NCBI GenBank assembly: GCA_012735435.1
Contig: JAAYHH010000014.1
Span: 1-53,496 of the forward strand
Source: Bacillota bacterium
GTDB lineage: Bacteria > Bacillota > Limnochordia > DTU087
Length of the DNA stretch: 53,496 nt
Direction of reading: 5' to 3'
This document shows, in pieces, positions 35,862 through 46,393 of this stretch. Position 1 is the stretch's first letter. Every line of letters begins with the position of its first letter. The notes under the pieces are model-generated. The model saw only the letters and a program-made list of their open reading frames with translations, was not told where the DNA came from and did no database searches. Made by a program: the position numbers and the translations under genes.

Positions 35862-36992
35862 TCAGCCTAGTGCTGCTGCCGTTTCCTTGAGCTGCTTGCG
35901 AATCTCCAAGTTCTGTGGACATTTGGTCTCACATATTCCGCATTCAATGCAGTCTTCAGCCTTCTTGCCCTTTAGGTTTTCCGTGGTACCGATTTTTTGA
36001 TACTGAGCCCTAGCGTACTCGGTAAGACCGTAAACCCGGTGATAATTCATCAACCGGAAATTCAAAGGAATATTGACCTCCTGGGGACAGGGCATGCAGT
36101 AATCACAGCCGGTACAGTACAGGTCAGCTAAACGCCGATTCTCCTCCATGGCCTCCTTGATGCGCTCCACTTCCGCTTCTGAAAGGAGCGTATCTAGAGA
36201 GGCCGTGGCCGCGTTCTCCTCCACCATCTCAATAGTATTCATCCCAGATAGGGCACAGCTCACATTCTCATTAGCCAAGACAAAGCGGAGGGCCAACTCC
36301 GGTGTACTGACACTTCGTCCTTCCAAGAGCTGCTGAATGGTCTTAGAAGAAGCCGCCAAGCGTCCGCCGGCCACTGGTCCCATGATCACAACTCCCAAAC
36401 CTTTCTCCCGGGCATAGGCTATGGCCTCTTCATTGGCCCTATCCAAGAGATTGTATTGGCAGAGCAGTGATGAGAAGATCCCTACATCAACCAGCTGCTT
36501 CAGAACTTCAGGTTCATCATGGAACGAGAAAGAGATGTGTTTGATCAGCCCTTCCTCCTTGGCCTTCTGGGCCTCATCCAACAGGTCATACTTGAGGACG
36601 AAATTTTCCCACCGCTCTTGACTTAAGGCATGAAAATGGTAGAAATCGATGTAATCGACATCCAGCTTCTGCAATTGCTCTTCAAGAAAGCGGCGATAGT
36701 CGCCCTTGTCCTTTACCAGCCAGGTTGGCATTTTGGTGGACAAATACACCTTGTCCCGCCAGCCCTTTAGAGCCTTTCCCACCACAATCTCGCTGTTGCC
36801 GTGACAGTAGCCGTAGGCGGTATCGATATAATTGACGCCGAGTTCAAAGGCCCTGGTGATCACAGCTAGTGCTTGTTCTTCATCGATCCGATAGGTTCCG
36901 TTCTCCTCAATCTCAGGGAGCCGCATCGCTCCAAAACCCAAAGCTGAGATTTTTATGCCTGTATTGCCAAACTCCCGGTACTGCAAATCCAA
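35862..36992 (-). CDS. aldo/keto reductase with C-terminal 4Fe-4S ferredoxin-type domain
   Basis: AKR N-terminus (GFGAMRLP, IDTAYGY), plus CTGCDYCMPCP and CIECGICETKCP. Confidence 0.9.
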   Translation of the reverse strand: MDLQYREFGNTGIKISALGFGAMRLPEIEENGTYRIDEEQALAVITRAFELGVNYIDTAYGYCHGNSEIVVGKALKGWRDKVYLSTKMPTWLVKDKGDYRRFLEEQLQKLDVDYIDFYHFHALSQERWENFVLKYDLLDEAQKAKEEGLIKHISFSFHDEPEVLKQLVDVGIFSSLLCQYNLLDRANEEAIAYAREKGLGVVIMGPVAGGRLAASSKTIQQLLEGRSVSTPELALRFVLANENVSCALSGMNTIEMVEENAATASLDTLLSEAEVERIKEAMEENRRLADLYCTGCDYCMPCPQEVNIPLNFRLMNYHRVYGLTEYARAQYQKIGTTENLKGKKAEDCIECGICETKCPQNLEIRKQLKETAAALG

Positions 36993-37040
36993 TGCCTCCT
37001 CACTCCCAGAGTTACAGTTATTATTACACGGACGTAACCC

Positions 37041-39191
37041 TTAGTCCTTTACAGTGCAGGCAGTACCGGATCTTCTTTTTACATTTAAAGGAAACATGTG
37101 AATCTTGGCCCTAAGCTCCGCTGGATCAGTAATCGGCGGATAACAAGTTTGGCCTTCACAAATATACACGGTGGTCTTGCCGCCTACTGCTGTTTTTCCC
37201 AGTCCAAGTTCAGCAAGGCGCCCTTGCCGGTATGGAGCGGCATTCCAACGGTAGATAATACCCTCAGGCAAATAAGCAGCCTGCAGGAGGCTGAGCACTT
37301 CAGGGTCTGCCCCGCCTTTAGCCGGCTCAATAACGAAGAATTCCCGCAGACCCCTTTGGGCTAGATCCAAAACGGTGAGTAAACCAGCAAAGCCCCAAGG
37401 GTTTGCCTTCATATCATCTATATACCTGTTAAGGATAAGCTCCAGCTTTTCCCGAGTCTGGCAAGACAGCAGATTCTGCAGATAGAAAAGGTTCCGGGCC
37501 ATGATGCTTACCGCTGACGGATATGATTCGTCCTCGGGGATAGACGGACGGAAAAGCAAACCATCCCCGGCTTCTGTATTATGAAAGGTACTGCTGGAAT
37601 CAGACCAGAAAAGCTGAATGGCCAGTTCCATGAGGTTCAAGCCGGCATCGAGCCAAAAAGGTTCCAAGGTAGCCTTGTATAGGTCCACTAACCCCGCGAC
37701 AAAGTAACCGTAATCTTCCAGAAATCCTGATATAGAACTAGGGACTCCCATAAAACTCCTGCACAACCGGCCATCGGGCCGCTGCAGCCGGATCAAGCCG
37801 AAACTAGCCACTGCTTTCGCCTTCTCTATATACATAGGAGCCTGCAGCGCCGAACCTGCTTTGGCTAGAGCCGAAACTGCCATTCCGTTCCAAGCAGTGA
37901 TGATTTTTTCATCCCGGGCCGGCCGCACCCGCTGCTCTCTCCGCTGGAAAAGGGAAAGCCTGGCAGATTCCAGGATCGAGCTTACCTCATCGATACTCAT
38001 ATGAAACTTCCCGGCCAAAGCATCTAAAGAGACAGCCCGATGAAGCACCGACGCCCCGTTGATTAAACTATCCGCCCGGCCGATGCCGTAGTAATCGCAG
38101 ACAACCTCCCCCATGTCTTCTCCCAAGAGGTCTATTACTTCTCGCCTAGTCCAAACATAAAACTTGCCCTCTTCACCTTCACTGTCAGCATCTTCAGTCC
38201 CGAAGAAGGCACCGCATGCATACCACATGTCCCTCAAGAGATAATCTAGAGTCTCTTCTGCTATCTGTCGATACCTTTGATTACCTGTCAGCTGGTAGGC
38301 TGTCAGATAAACCTGAACCAGTAGGGCATTATCATAAAGCATCTTTTCAAAATGGGGTATGAGCCAGCGATCATCGGTGGAGTACCGGTGGAATCCTCCT
38401 CCCAGCTGGTCATAAATACCTCCATCCGCCATATGGTCAAGGGTATTGATGACTGCTTCCAGCAATATGGGGGCCTCCCGGCTTCTCTGTAAGAAGAATT
38501 CAAGGATGCTGGTGCTGGGAAACTTAGGAGCCGTGCCAAATCCACCGTTGCGCTGATCGTAGAGTTCCAAAAGGTAGTTTTCTGCATCCTCTAGAAGCTT
38601 TGCAGCTACATCCTGGCTTATATCCCCGCCCCTCAGAGGCACAAAGCTCTGGGCTCCCGCCGGCACCAACTCCTCGGCCATCGCCGCGGTGATCTCATTA
38701 GCAGCTTTCTCCACCGCATCCCGCTCCTTCTCCCACAAACGGGCTATCTGCTGCAAGATGGCATTAAATCCTGTACGGCCGAATTGATCCCGGGGAGGAA
38801 AGTATGTACCGGCAAAAAACGGCTTAGTCTCGGGAGTGAGAAAAAGAGTAAGCGGCCAGCCGCCGTGACCGGTAAGCAGCACCGCTGCCCTTTGGTAGAT
38901 ATGATCCAAATCCGGCCTTTCTTCCCGATCGACCTTGATAGGGATAAAGTGTTTGTTCATTAACTCAGCAATCTCTTGGTTCTGAAAGGACTCCCGCTGC
39001 ATAACATGGCACCAATGACAGGCAGAATACCCGATACTGAGGAGAATGGGACGCTGCATCTGCCTGGCCAGCTTCAATGCTTGGTCATTCCATGGCTGCC
39101 AATCCACTGGATCTGCGGCATGCTGCCGAAGATATGGGCTGGTCTCAGTGCTCAATCGGTTCCCTAGTCTTGTCGTTGGCAAAACAGCCAC
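37041..39191 (-). CDS. thioredoxin-domain (DUF255) / six-hairpin glycosidase-like protein, YyaL family
   Basis: SPYLRQHAADPVDWQPW...SIGYSACHWCHVM N-terminus; about 700 aa. The exact start is uncertain (GTG 39191 or TTG 39182). Confidence 0.88.
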   Translation of the reverse strand: MAVLPTTRLGNRLSTETSPYLRQHAADPVDWQPWNDQALKLARQMQRPILLSIGYSACHWCHVMQRESFQNQEIAELMNKHFIPIKVDREERPDLDHIYQRAAVLLTGHGGWPLTLFLTPETKPFFAGTYFPPRDQFGRTGFNAILQQIARLWEKERDAVEKAANEITAAMAEELVPAGAQSFVPLRGGDISQDVAAKLLEDAENYLLELYDQRNGGFGTAPKFPSTSILEFFLQRSREAPILLEAVINTLDHMADGGIYDQLGGGFHRYSTDDRWLIPHFEKMLYDNALLVQVYLTAYQLTGNQRYRQIAEETLDYLLRDMWYACGAFFGTEDADSEGEEGKFYVWTRREVIDLLGEDMGEVVCDYYGIGRADSLINGASVLHRAVSLDALAGKFHMSIDEVSSILESARLSLFQRREQRVRPARDEKIITAWNGMAVSALAKAGSALQAPMYIEKAKAVASFGLIRLQRPDGRLCRSFMGVPSSISGFLEDYGYFVAGLVDLYKATLEPFWLDAGLNLMELAIQLFWSDSSSTFHNTEAGDGLLFRPSIPEDESYPSAVSIMARNLFYLQNLLSCQTREKLELILNRYIDDMKANPWGFAGLLTVLDLAQRGLREFFVIEPAKGGADPEVLSLLQAAYLPEGIIYRWNAAPYRQGRLAELGLGKTAVGGKTTVYICEGQTCYPPITDPAELRAKIHMFPLNVKRRSGTACTVKD

Positions 39192-39495
39192 CTCACTCCC
39201 AATTTGATGGAATTAACTTACTAGAGCTAATTTCAGCGGAACCAAACTGCTCCGGTTCCGTACTAGTCTTTCCGAGGCAGACAAAATCCATTATTTATCG
39301 CCCTGCCGCAGGATTTTCCAGAAAAGATTACGAATAACCCGATGACTGCAGCCTTATTCCCGGCCGGGAAGTAGCTGGGTCATGCTGTGGAGTTTTTATC
39401 ATTGGATCCAAAATCTGTCTTGAGCAAAACAATAAAGATGGAGGTGTAGGGGGAAGAGAACTCTAGCACAAGCTAGAGGCTCCGCCCGATAAGAC

Positions 39496-40575
39496 ATGGC
39501 ACGGCAAAAGGCATCAACAAAGGCAAAACGGCCGCAGCAAGAACACAGCCGCAGCAACAGAGCTGCCTCCGGCAGTTCTCTGCTGACCTATACGGTCAAT
39601 GTGTTCAATGCCATGGCCCTAGGACTATTTGCATCACTGATCGTAGGCGTCATCTTAGAGCAAGTGGGCAATTTGGTCCATCTAAATCTCTTAGTTCGTT
39701 TCGGCCAATTTGCCAAACTGCTCATGGGACCAGCCATCGGCGTAGCTGTTGCCACCGGCATAAATGCGCCCCCGCTGGTGGTTTTTGCATCGGCGGTAAC
39801 GGGAGCCATCGGTGCCGGTACCATCAGCCTTACTCCCGGGGCCGCTTCTATCGGCATTGGGGAACCGGTAGGCGCGCTGGTGGCAGCTTTGGCGGGGGCT
39901 GAAATAGGCAAGCGAGTTGCTGGAAGGAAACTGGATATTATTGTTGTGCCCACCACAACCATCTTGGTCGGCGGTATAGTTGGAGAAAATATTGCACCCT
40001 TTGTCTCAGTACTTATGAAGACCCTCGGAGCCATGGTTAACCAAGCAACCATGCTTCATCCCATCCCCATGGGCATTATAGTCTCAACTCTAATGGGGAT
40101 GTTCTTGACACTGCCCATCAGCAGTGCGGCTATAGCCATCAGCTTAGGGCTCAGCGGGCTTGCCGCTGGTGCCGCCACCATTGGCTGTTCTACCCAAATG
40201 ATCGGCTTTGCCGTGATCAGTTATAGGGAGAATGGAGTGGGAGGTCTCTTGGCCCAAGGATTGGGAACCTCCATGCTGCAGATGCCCAATATTATCCGCA
40301 ATCCCCGCATCTGGGTTCCCCCCACCTTGGCCAGTGCCATCTTAGGCCCTTTGGGGACAAAGGTATTCATGATGGAAAATATCCCCAGCGGAGCGGGAAT
40401 GGGGACCAGCGGCCTTGTCGGGCAGATCGGGACTATTGCCGCCATGGGAACAGGAGTGTGGCCCCAGATATTGCTGCTCCACTTCATTCTGCCTGCAGTG
40501 CTGACCTACTTGATAGCCATCCCCCTTCGGCGGATAGGGTGGATTAAGGATGGAGATCTGCGGCTGGAACTGTAG
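39496..40575 (+). CDS. PTS-EIIC-like membrane protein (PfoR/COG3641-like)
   Basis: 359 aa, polytopic and Gly/Ala-rich. The N-terminal AMALGLFASLIVGVILEQVG pattern is recalled from this family. Assignment is tentative. Confidence 0.5.
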   Translation: MARQKASTKAKRPQQEHSRSNRAASGSSLLTYTVNVFNAMALGLFASLIVGVILEQVGNLVHLNLLVRFGQFAKLLMGPAIGVAVATGINAPPLVVFASAVTGAIGAGTISLTPGAASIGIGEPVGALVAALAGAEIGKRVAGRKLDIIVVPTTTILVGGIVGENIAPFVSVLMKTLGAMVNQATMLHPIPMGIIVSTLMGMFLTLPISSAAIAISLGLSGLAAGAATIGCSTQMIGFAVISYRENGVGGLLAQGLGTSMLQMPNIIRNPRIWVPPTLASAILGPLGTKVFMMENIPSGAGMGTSGLVGQIGTIAAMGTGVWPQILLLHFILPAVLTYLIAIPLRRIGWIKDGDLRLEL

Positions 40576-40635
40576 AGGTTCCGACCTAATGCACTGTCAG
40601 CACAGCTTCACTGCACGACAGCATAGCTTCAAACA

Positions 40636-40676
40636 ACACCCCAGGCGCCGCTACCGCTGCGGCCCTCCTGGGGTGT
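40636..40676. terminator. hairpin between convergent genes
   Basis: acaccccagg (40636-40645) pairs with cctggggtgt (40667-40676), with a GC-rich inner stem. Confidence 0.5.
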
Positions 40677-40735
40677 CGATGTGTAATGTGTATCCTACAT
40701 TCTAGCTGTGATACTGCTTTTTATAGTCACCTTTA

Positions 40736-41479
40736 TCATAAGTAGTAAAGCATAGCCATTCCGACAACGACTCCCAGCACTCCGCCAAAGGTACCACTGT
40801 GGCCCTCAGCATGAGACTGAGCCTCGGGAATCAGCTCATCAAAAACAATATACAGCATGGCTCCTGCGGCGAAACTCGAGGAAATTGCTAAAGTAGCCGT
40901 TGAAACTCTCCCAATAAGAGCCCCCAGCAGAGCGCCTATGCCCTCAGGAAGTCCTGCCACAATTGCGGCACTTGCAACCTTTAAACTGGTAATCCCGGCA
41001 GCCACCATAGGCCCGGCCATGGCCATGCCCTCTGGGACGTTGTGGAGAAGGGTGGCCATCATCAGCCGCCAGCCCCGTTCTTGTGATGCAGCATACCCGG
41101 TTCCAATGGCCAGCCCCTCCGGCAAATTGTGGAGGGCAATGCCCAAACCCAGCAGAATACTGAGCCGTAAGTAATGGGAACGCTGGTCTTCACCCCCGGC
41201 GACATGCTGGTGCGGCACAACAAAGTCCAATAATAGAAGTAAAACGATTCCCAGCAGCAAACCGATAAAAGTATTGGTAGGCCCGCCGAGCCTGAGACTC
41301 TCAGGCAGCAAATCAACGAAAATCATGGCCAGCATAACACCAGCGGAGAATCCCAAGACGAAGCTGAGGACCCTCTTGCTGGGCTGGCCTACCGCAGAGA
41401 TAATCAGCCCCCCGAGACCTGTACCGACTATGCCGGCCAACAGCCCCGCCAGTGCAATTCGCCACACGCTGTAGTCCAT
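40736..41479 (-). CDS. ZIP-family divalent metal transporter (ZupT-like)
   Basis: LHNLPEGLAIG and LHNVPEGMAMA motifs; 8 TM-like segments. Confidence 0.9.
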   Translation of the reverse strand: MDYSVWRIALAGLLAGIVGTGLGGLIISAVGQPSKRVLSFVLGFSAGVMLAMIFVDLLPESLRLGGPTNTFIGLLLGIVLLLLLDFVVPHQHVAGGEDQRSHYLRLSILLGLGIALHNLPEGLAIGTGYAASQERGWRLMMATLLHNVPEGMAMAGPMVAAGITSLKVASAAIVAGLPEGIGALLGALIGRVSTATLAISSSFAAGAMLYIVFDELIPEAQSHAEGHSGTFGGVLGVVVGMAMLYYL

Positions 41480-41702
41480 GCTCTGATCCCACCCTCTCTC
41501 CCAATGTTCCAGACCGAATCATACAATGTAAAACTATGAGTACTTTTAGTTATAAACAAGCATATCTAGTCCTATATTAGCACACTCTTCCAATTCCTTC
41601 TAGCGGCAGGATTCCATTAGGGTTGGGGGAAATAAACATTGACGGTTTTTGCCTGTAATAATGGCTTTTCTTGCCAAAGCGAAGAAGACATACAGGGGGA
41701 TT

Positions 41703-42302
41703 ATGGGAATGAAACCACGCTTAATCGCGCTCTTAACGTTGTGTGTGTTGCTATTTAGTTTGCCGGTACTGGCCCAGGAACCGGGTGAAAGGATCTTAGG
41801 TCTCGGCTGCTGGGGAGAGGATGTTTTTTGGTGCCAGCGCAAATTGATGGATCTGGGCTTAATGAGCCAGGCAACTGGACGTTTTGGGCCCGAAACAGAA
41901 GCGGCAGTCAAGAAATTCCAGGAACTCCACGGCCTCCCTGTGGATGGTCTGGTAGGTCCCCTCACCTTTCAGGCGTTAAACAGCATCCAGTCTGTCCAGT
42001 ACTATACAGTACAGAGCGGAGACTCTCTTTACACCATTGCAAGGAGATTCGGTACCACCATGGAGGAATTGGTTAATCTCAATAACTTGACAAATACCAC
42101 ACTACAGATAGGACAAAAACTGCTGGTACCTGCAGGCGGGCAGCCGCTGGCATATGTGGTAAAGCCCGGTGATAATCTCTATACCATCGCGCAGCGCTTC
42201 GGTGTTACCGTTGATGCAATTGCTAAGCTGAACAACCTCAAGAACCCCAGCTTAATTTTGCCGGGACAGGAATTGATGATTCCAACACCCAATACCTTCT
42301 GA
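41703..42302 (+). CDS. secreted protein: PG_binding_1 domain plus two LysM domains
   Basis: Signal peptide MGMKPRLIALLTLCVLLFSLPVLA; GPETEAAVKKFQELHGLPVDG; two Y.V..GD.LY.IA.RFG LysM repeats. Alternative ATG at 41709. Confidence 0.85.
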   Translation: MGMKPRLIALLTLCVLLFSLPVLAQEPGERILGLGCWGEDVFWCQRKLMDLGLMSQATGRFGPETEAAVKKFQELHGLPVDGLVGPLTFQALNSIQSVQYYTVQSGDSLYTIARRFGTTMEELVNLNNLTNTTLQIGQKLLVPAGGQPLAYVVKPGDNLYTIAQRFGVTVDAIAKLNNLKNPSLILPGQELMIPTPNTF

Positions 42303-42494
42303 TTCGGCTTACTAAGTGTTCAGTACTAAATGAATTTCGCACATTTGTAGGTATTTCCAATAATGTGCAGAAATGATATGATTAGAAAAGGGTGGCAGTA
42401 GACTTATAATAGCCACCTGCTTCATGGAGGAACCGATGCTGCCTGCGAAAATTTTCCGAGTTAAGACTGTTAGTCTACTAGGAGGTGTAAGCCA

Positions 42495-42767
42495 ATGTAT
42501 TGGGTGACACTGATCATCGTTGGTTTACTCGTTGGTTGGGCAGTAAAAAGCTGGTTGGCTAAAGAAAAGACGTTGAAGGGGGAGCCCTGGATCCGCTTCA
42601 TCGTCACCATTATCGGTGCATGGCTGGGTGACGTCATCTTAGGTGATTGGGGCTGGATGCTGGCGGGCTACAACGTCATTGCCGGTATCATCGGTTCTTT
42701 TGTCCTTGGCTGGATCTGGACTGCGGTTGGAGTAGAAGAAACTGCTTCCTCAACTACTGCAAGATAG
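42495..42767 (+). CDS. GlsB/YeaQ/YmgE-family small stress membrane protein
   Basis: 90 aa, 3 TM helices; ..IIGAWLGD..LG....AG...I.GIIGSFVLGWIW pattern; AGGAGGTG SD. Confidence 0.85.
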   Translation: MYWVTLIIVGLLVGWAVKSWLAKEKTLKGEPWIRFIVTIIGAWLGDVILGDWGWMLAGYNVIAGIIGSFVLGWIWTAVGVEETASSTTAR

Positions 42768-42816
42768 ACCTCTGGAGGAGCATTGGATTCCTCCATAGAG
42801 ACCTAACTAAGTTTGG

Positions 42817-42845
42817 CCCTCTCCTTGGGAGAGGGTTTTTTTCTT
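42817..42845 (+). terminator. rho-independent terminator
   Basis: ccctctcc/ggagaggg stem followed by tttttttctt. Confidence 0.8.
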
Positions 42846-42976
42846 GGAGCAGCCGAGTTAGCTGACCACCCCCTAAAGTCCACCAAATAGATCTGGAGAG
42901 ACCTGGAATAATCACGCCCGCGCAAGCCCATACTGTTCCTTGTAAGAAGATTGCATCCAGACAGGAGGGACTGAAT

Positions 42977-43114
42977 ATGGCGATGCGGGTATCCACCCTA
43001 GATGATCAGCTTAGATCGCTGGTCATGCGGTATGTGACTGGGAAGCTGGAGGAAAAGCGATTCTTGACAGCTTACCGGCGTCTCATACGCTTGCGGTCGC
43101 TCCTTAACCAGTAA
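42977..43114 (+). CDS. small hypothetical protein, 45 aa (MAMRVSTLDDQLRSLVMRYVTGKLEEKRFLTAYRRLIRLRSLLNQ)
   Basis: Not in the ORF track. Strong SD AGGAGGGA 7 nt upstream of ATG 42977. Predicted helical and basic. Confidence 0.45.
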   Translation: MAMRVSTLDDQLRSLVMRYVTGKLEEKRFLTAYRRLIRLRSLLNQ

Positions 43115-43212
43115 AGAGTACGTACCATTCGTCTCCATGGAAGGAAAATCCAGCTCCGCAGCTAAGCTAACAAGGAAACCAATCCGGCTTTCGGAAAGAA
43201 GGAGCGAATTCC

Positions 43213-44052
43213 ATGAGAGTCGATTATCACATGCACTTGGAAATGGGATCCTTAAGCCTCGACTATCTGGAGAAGTTCTGGCTGCAGGCTCAAAAGGCTG
43301 GACTTGATGAAATCGGCATCAGCGAACATGGTCATAATTTCAAGCAGTACGGGAAGATCATGGAGCACCTGTGGACAGGAGAGAATACCTATCCCGAGAT
43401 CGTCGACTGGCTGGAGAAGGGTTTCACCCTGGATTTAGATGACTATGTGGCTCTGATCCAGGAAGGCAAGAAGCGGGGCTGGCCGTTAAAACTTGGTCTG
43501 GAAATGGACTATATACCGGGTAAAGAGGCGGAAATAGCAGCATTGATTGATGCCTATCCCTGGGATTATGTTTTAGGTTCTGTCCATTTTCTCGACAAGT
43601 GGGCATTTGACGTTTCCCCAGACGTGGGCTGGCCCGATAAAGACGTCAACAGTGCGTATCAAGCCTATTTCACCGCAATGCTGGAGGCAGCATCCAGCGG
43701 TTTGTTTGACTCCATTACCCACCCTGATCTGATCAAAATCTTTGGGCACCGTCCCAGCATACCTTTAGAGCCCTACTATGAAGCGATGGCAGCGGCTCTG
43801 GCTCAGTCCGGTACTTGTGTAGAGATCAACTCTGCTGGATTGCGCAAACCAGTAGGGCGCATCTACCCCGAGCCGGAGTTTTTGGCCAAATGCCAACAGG
43901 CGGGTGTGCCCATCACCCTCGCCTGTGATGCCCACTATCCTGAGGATGTAGGCAGGGGCCTAGACGAAGCCATCGAATTAGCCCGCTCTGTAGGGTATAC
44001 CCAGGTGGCCATCTTCACAGGCCGGGAGCGAATTCTAAAGCCCCTCGGTTAA
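43213..44052 (+). CDS. PHP-domain histidinol-phosphatase family protein (HisJ/HisK-like)
   Basis: MRVDYHMHLE...SEHG...GSVHF...THPD pattern; 279 aa. Confidence 0.85.
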   Translation: MRVDYHMHLEMGSLSLDYLEKFWLQAQKAGLDEIGISEHGHNFKQYGKIMEHLWTGENTYPEIVDWLEKGFTLDLDDYVALIQEGKKRGWPLKLGLEMDYIPGKEAEIAALIDAYPWDYVLGSVHFLDKWAFDVSPDVGWPDKDVNSAYQAYFTAMLEAASSGLFDSITHPDLIKIFGHRPSIPLEPYYEAMAAALAQSGTCVEINSAGLRKPVGRIYPEPEFLAKCQQAGVPITLACDAHYPEDVGRGLDEAIELARSVGYTQVAIFTGRERILKPLG

Positions 44053-44210
44053 TCAATAAAATAACCATCACTATGATCTGCTGACCGGCCAGGGGCGTGG
44101 ACTGTCCAGGCAGCACTATCCCCAGTGTGTCAAAATGCAGGAAGTCACTCCCTCTTTGCAGAAAATTTCACCGGAGTCTGAACCAGACTGCATAGAAGGG
44201 AGAGATTGAA

Positions 44211-45209
44211 GTGTTGGGAATCGCCATGTTGAGCAGCTGGCACGTCCACGCCCCTGGTTATGCCCGGGACATTCTATCCCGTTCAGATGCCAAAATCTCA
44301 GTAGTATGGGATGAAGACCCCGAGCGGGGCAAAAGTTGGGCAGCTGACCTTGGAGTACCCTTCGAAGAAGATCTGGAGTCTGTTCTCGCCCGTTCCGATG
44401 TCAATGCCGTGGTCGTAAATGCTCCAACCAACCTCCATGCTGAAATCATGGTGGCAGCCGCCAATGCAGGTAAGCATATATTCACTGAAAAGGTGATGGC
44501 CCCAACTGTTAAGGAATGCCGGGCCATCAGTGAGGCTGTAACCAAGGCAGGTGTGAAATTCTGCATATCTTTCCCCCAGCGGACCTGGCCCGTCAATTTG
44601 CTAGCCAAGAAGGTCATAGACGATGGCCTTCTGGGGGATATAACATTGCTTCGGATCCGCAATGCCCATAACGGAGCAATAGCTGGATGGCTGCCGGAAC
44701 ACTTCTACGATCCCGTCGCCTGCGGAGGCGGAGCCATGATCGACTTGGGAGCTCATCCCATGTATCTTGCCCGCTGGCTGATGGGAGAACCTCGCCGGAT
44801 CACCACGCTGTTTAATTCCTTCACAGGCCGCCAGGTAGAGGATAACGCGGTGGCACTGATTGAATTTGCCAATAAAGCCATTGCGGTGATTGAGACCGGC
44901 TTTGTATCCCACAGCAGTCCCTTCTCCCTTGAGCTTTATGGTACAGAAGGCACTTTCATTGTGGGAGGACCGGAGTCATCTGTACGGATCAACTCCCGCA
45001 AGCTCGAGCAAAATGGCCATCAAGGCTGGTTCATACCTACCCGCCTGCCGGCCGCCCTGCCCATGCCTTTGGACATGTGGATCCGGGGTATCTTGGAGGA
45101 TGAACCTATTCTCTTCGGCCTAGAAGAAGGCACCCAGCTTACAGAGCTCATGGAGGGAGCCATGCGTTCCTACCATTCCGGCTCGCAAGTTGAATTCCCC
45201 CTGGACTAA
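44211..45209 (+). CDS. Gfo/Idh/MocA-family oxidoreductase
   Basis: GTG start follows AAGGGAGAG. LSSWHVHA-type N-terminus and an EKV/EKP motif (FTEKVMA). Confidence 0.8.
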   Translation: MLGIAMLSSWHVHAPGYARDILSRSDAKISVVWDEDPERGKSWAADLGVPFEEDLESVLARSDVNAVVVNAPTNLHAEIMVAAANAGKHIFTEKVMAPTVKECRAISEAVTKAGVKFCISFPQRTWPVNLLAKKVIDDGLLGDITLLRIRNAHNGAIAGWLPEHFYDPVACGGGAMIDLGAHPMYLARWLMGEPRRITTLFNSFTGRQVEDNAVALIEFANKAIAVIETGFVSHSSPFSLELYGTEGTFIVGGPESSVRINSRKLEQNGHQGWFIPTRLPAALPMPLDMWIRGILEDEPILFGLEEGTQLTELMEGAMRSYHSGSQVEFPLD

Positions 45210-45326
45210 GTACTGGTACGGTACAGTAGTTGAAATTCAGGATAGAAAAAGTCACACTGCTGGAATCAGCGAAGGCATCTTGGGCGGTTTATTTACCAAA
45301 AAACGACAAGAATGGAGGCTGAAAAC

Positions 45327-46313
45327 ATGTTAGCTGCTCGTTTTATGGAGATCGGGGATCTGCGGCTGGTAGAGGAGAATGTGCCGAAACCAGGGCCTGG
45401 AGAAATCTTGATTAGAGTCAAGGCAGCGGGGGTCTGCGGAACCGATGCCCATATTATCAAAGGAGAGTCTTCATCTACACCGCCGGTTATTTTAGGTCAT
45501 GAATATGCCGGCGAGGTCGTCGAAATAGGTGAAGGAGTAACCAACTTTAGGGTCAATGATCGGGTTTGTGTAGATCCCAACATCTTCTGCCACAGCTGTT
45601 ATTACTGCCACAACGGCAAAGTCCATTTGTGCCTAAATTTGACGGCTCTAGGCGTAGATATTGATGGAGGTTTTGCTGAATATTCGGTGGTTCCCGCAGC
45701 ACAAGCCCACCTCTTGCCTCCCGGCATGAGCTTTGCGGAAGGAGCCTTTGTCGAACCGGTGGCCTGCTGTCTCCGGGGGCTAGAGCAAGCTCACATTCTC
45801 CCTGGAGACGAGGTGGCGATCCTGGGCGGCGGCCCCATTGGTTTGATCCTGCTGCAGCTGGCTCGGGCTGCAGGGGGACGGGTAACAGTCAGCGAGCCGG
45901 TGCAGGCAAAGTGGGACTTGGCCAAAGAACTAGGGGCAGAACGCACAGTACTGCCGGAGGAACTCCCCGCCGATGCCTTCGATGTAGTAATTGAGGCAGC
46001 CGGCGTCAGGGCCGCCATCGAGCAGTCCATTAAGATAGCCAGGAGAGGGGCTTCAGTGGTTTGGTTTGGGGTTTCTCCCCAGGGCATGCGGGCAGAGATC
46101 GAACCCCATGAGGTCTACCGCAAGGAACTGCGAATCGCAGGGTCCTTTATTAATCCCTTTACCAACTCCAGGGCAGTCAAACTTGTGGGGTCAGGGGCCG
46201 TCCGAGTGGAACCGCTGATCAGTCACCGCTTTCCACTAAAGGATATCTACGAAGCACTGGCTGTTCACTCATCTGGCAAGGCCAATAAGGTCATGATTAT
46301 TGCCGACGAGTGA
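45327..46313 (+). CDS. zinc-dependent medium-chain alcohol/polyol dehydrogenase
   Basis: Start refined to ATG 45327, which follows GGAGG. GVCGTDAH, GHEYAGEV, the structural-Zn cluster CHSCYYCHNGKVHLC, and GGGPIGL. Confidence 0.9.
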   Translation: MLAARFMEIGDLRLVEENVPKPGPGEILIRVKAAGVCGTDAHIIKGESSSTPPVILGHEYAGEVVEIGEGVTNFRVNDRVCVDPNIFCHSCYYCHNGKVHLCLNLTALGVDIDGGFAEYSVVPAAQAHLLPPGMSFAEGAFVEPVACCLRGLEQAHILPGDEVAILGGGPIGLILLQLARAAGGRVTVSEPVQAKWDLAKELGAERTVLPEELPADAFDVVIEAAGVRAAIEQSIKIARRGASVVWFGVSPQGMRAEIEPHEVYRKELRIAGSFINPFTNSRAVKLVGSGAVRVEPLISHRFPLKDIYEALAVHSSGKANKVMIIADE

Positions 46314-46334
46314 ACACCAAATTGGCAATAAAGC

Positions 46335-46370
46335 AGGGGTGTTGGCCCACCGGCTTGGGCAAACACCCCT
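46335..46370. terminator. bidirectional terminator
   Basis: aggggtgtt...aacacccct outer stem with a gccca/tgggc inner stem, between convergent genes. Confidence 0.65.
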
Positions 46371-46393
46371 CTTTAGTATCACATTCAGCGTCT

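Noticed and set aside
41480-41702. Possible Zur box upstream of the ZIP transporter gene
   Set aside because: Only a weak AACTA-N11-TAGTT symmetry is present. It does not resemble the TCGTAAT-N-ATTACGA-type Zur operator.
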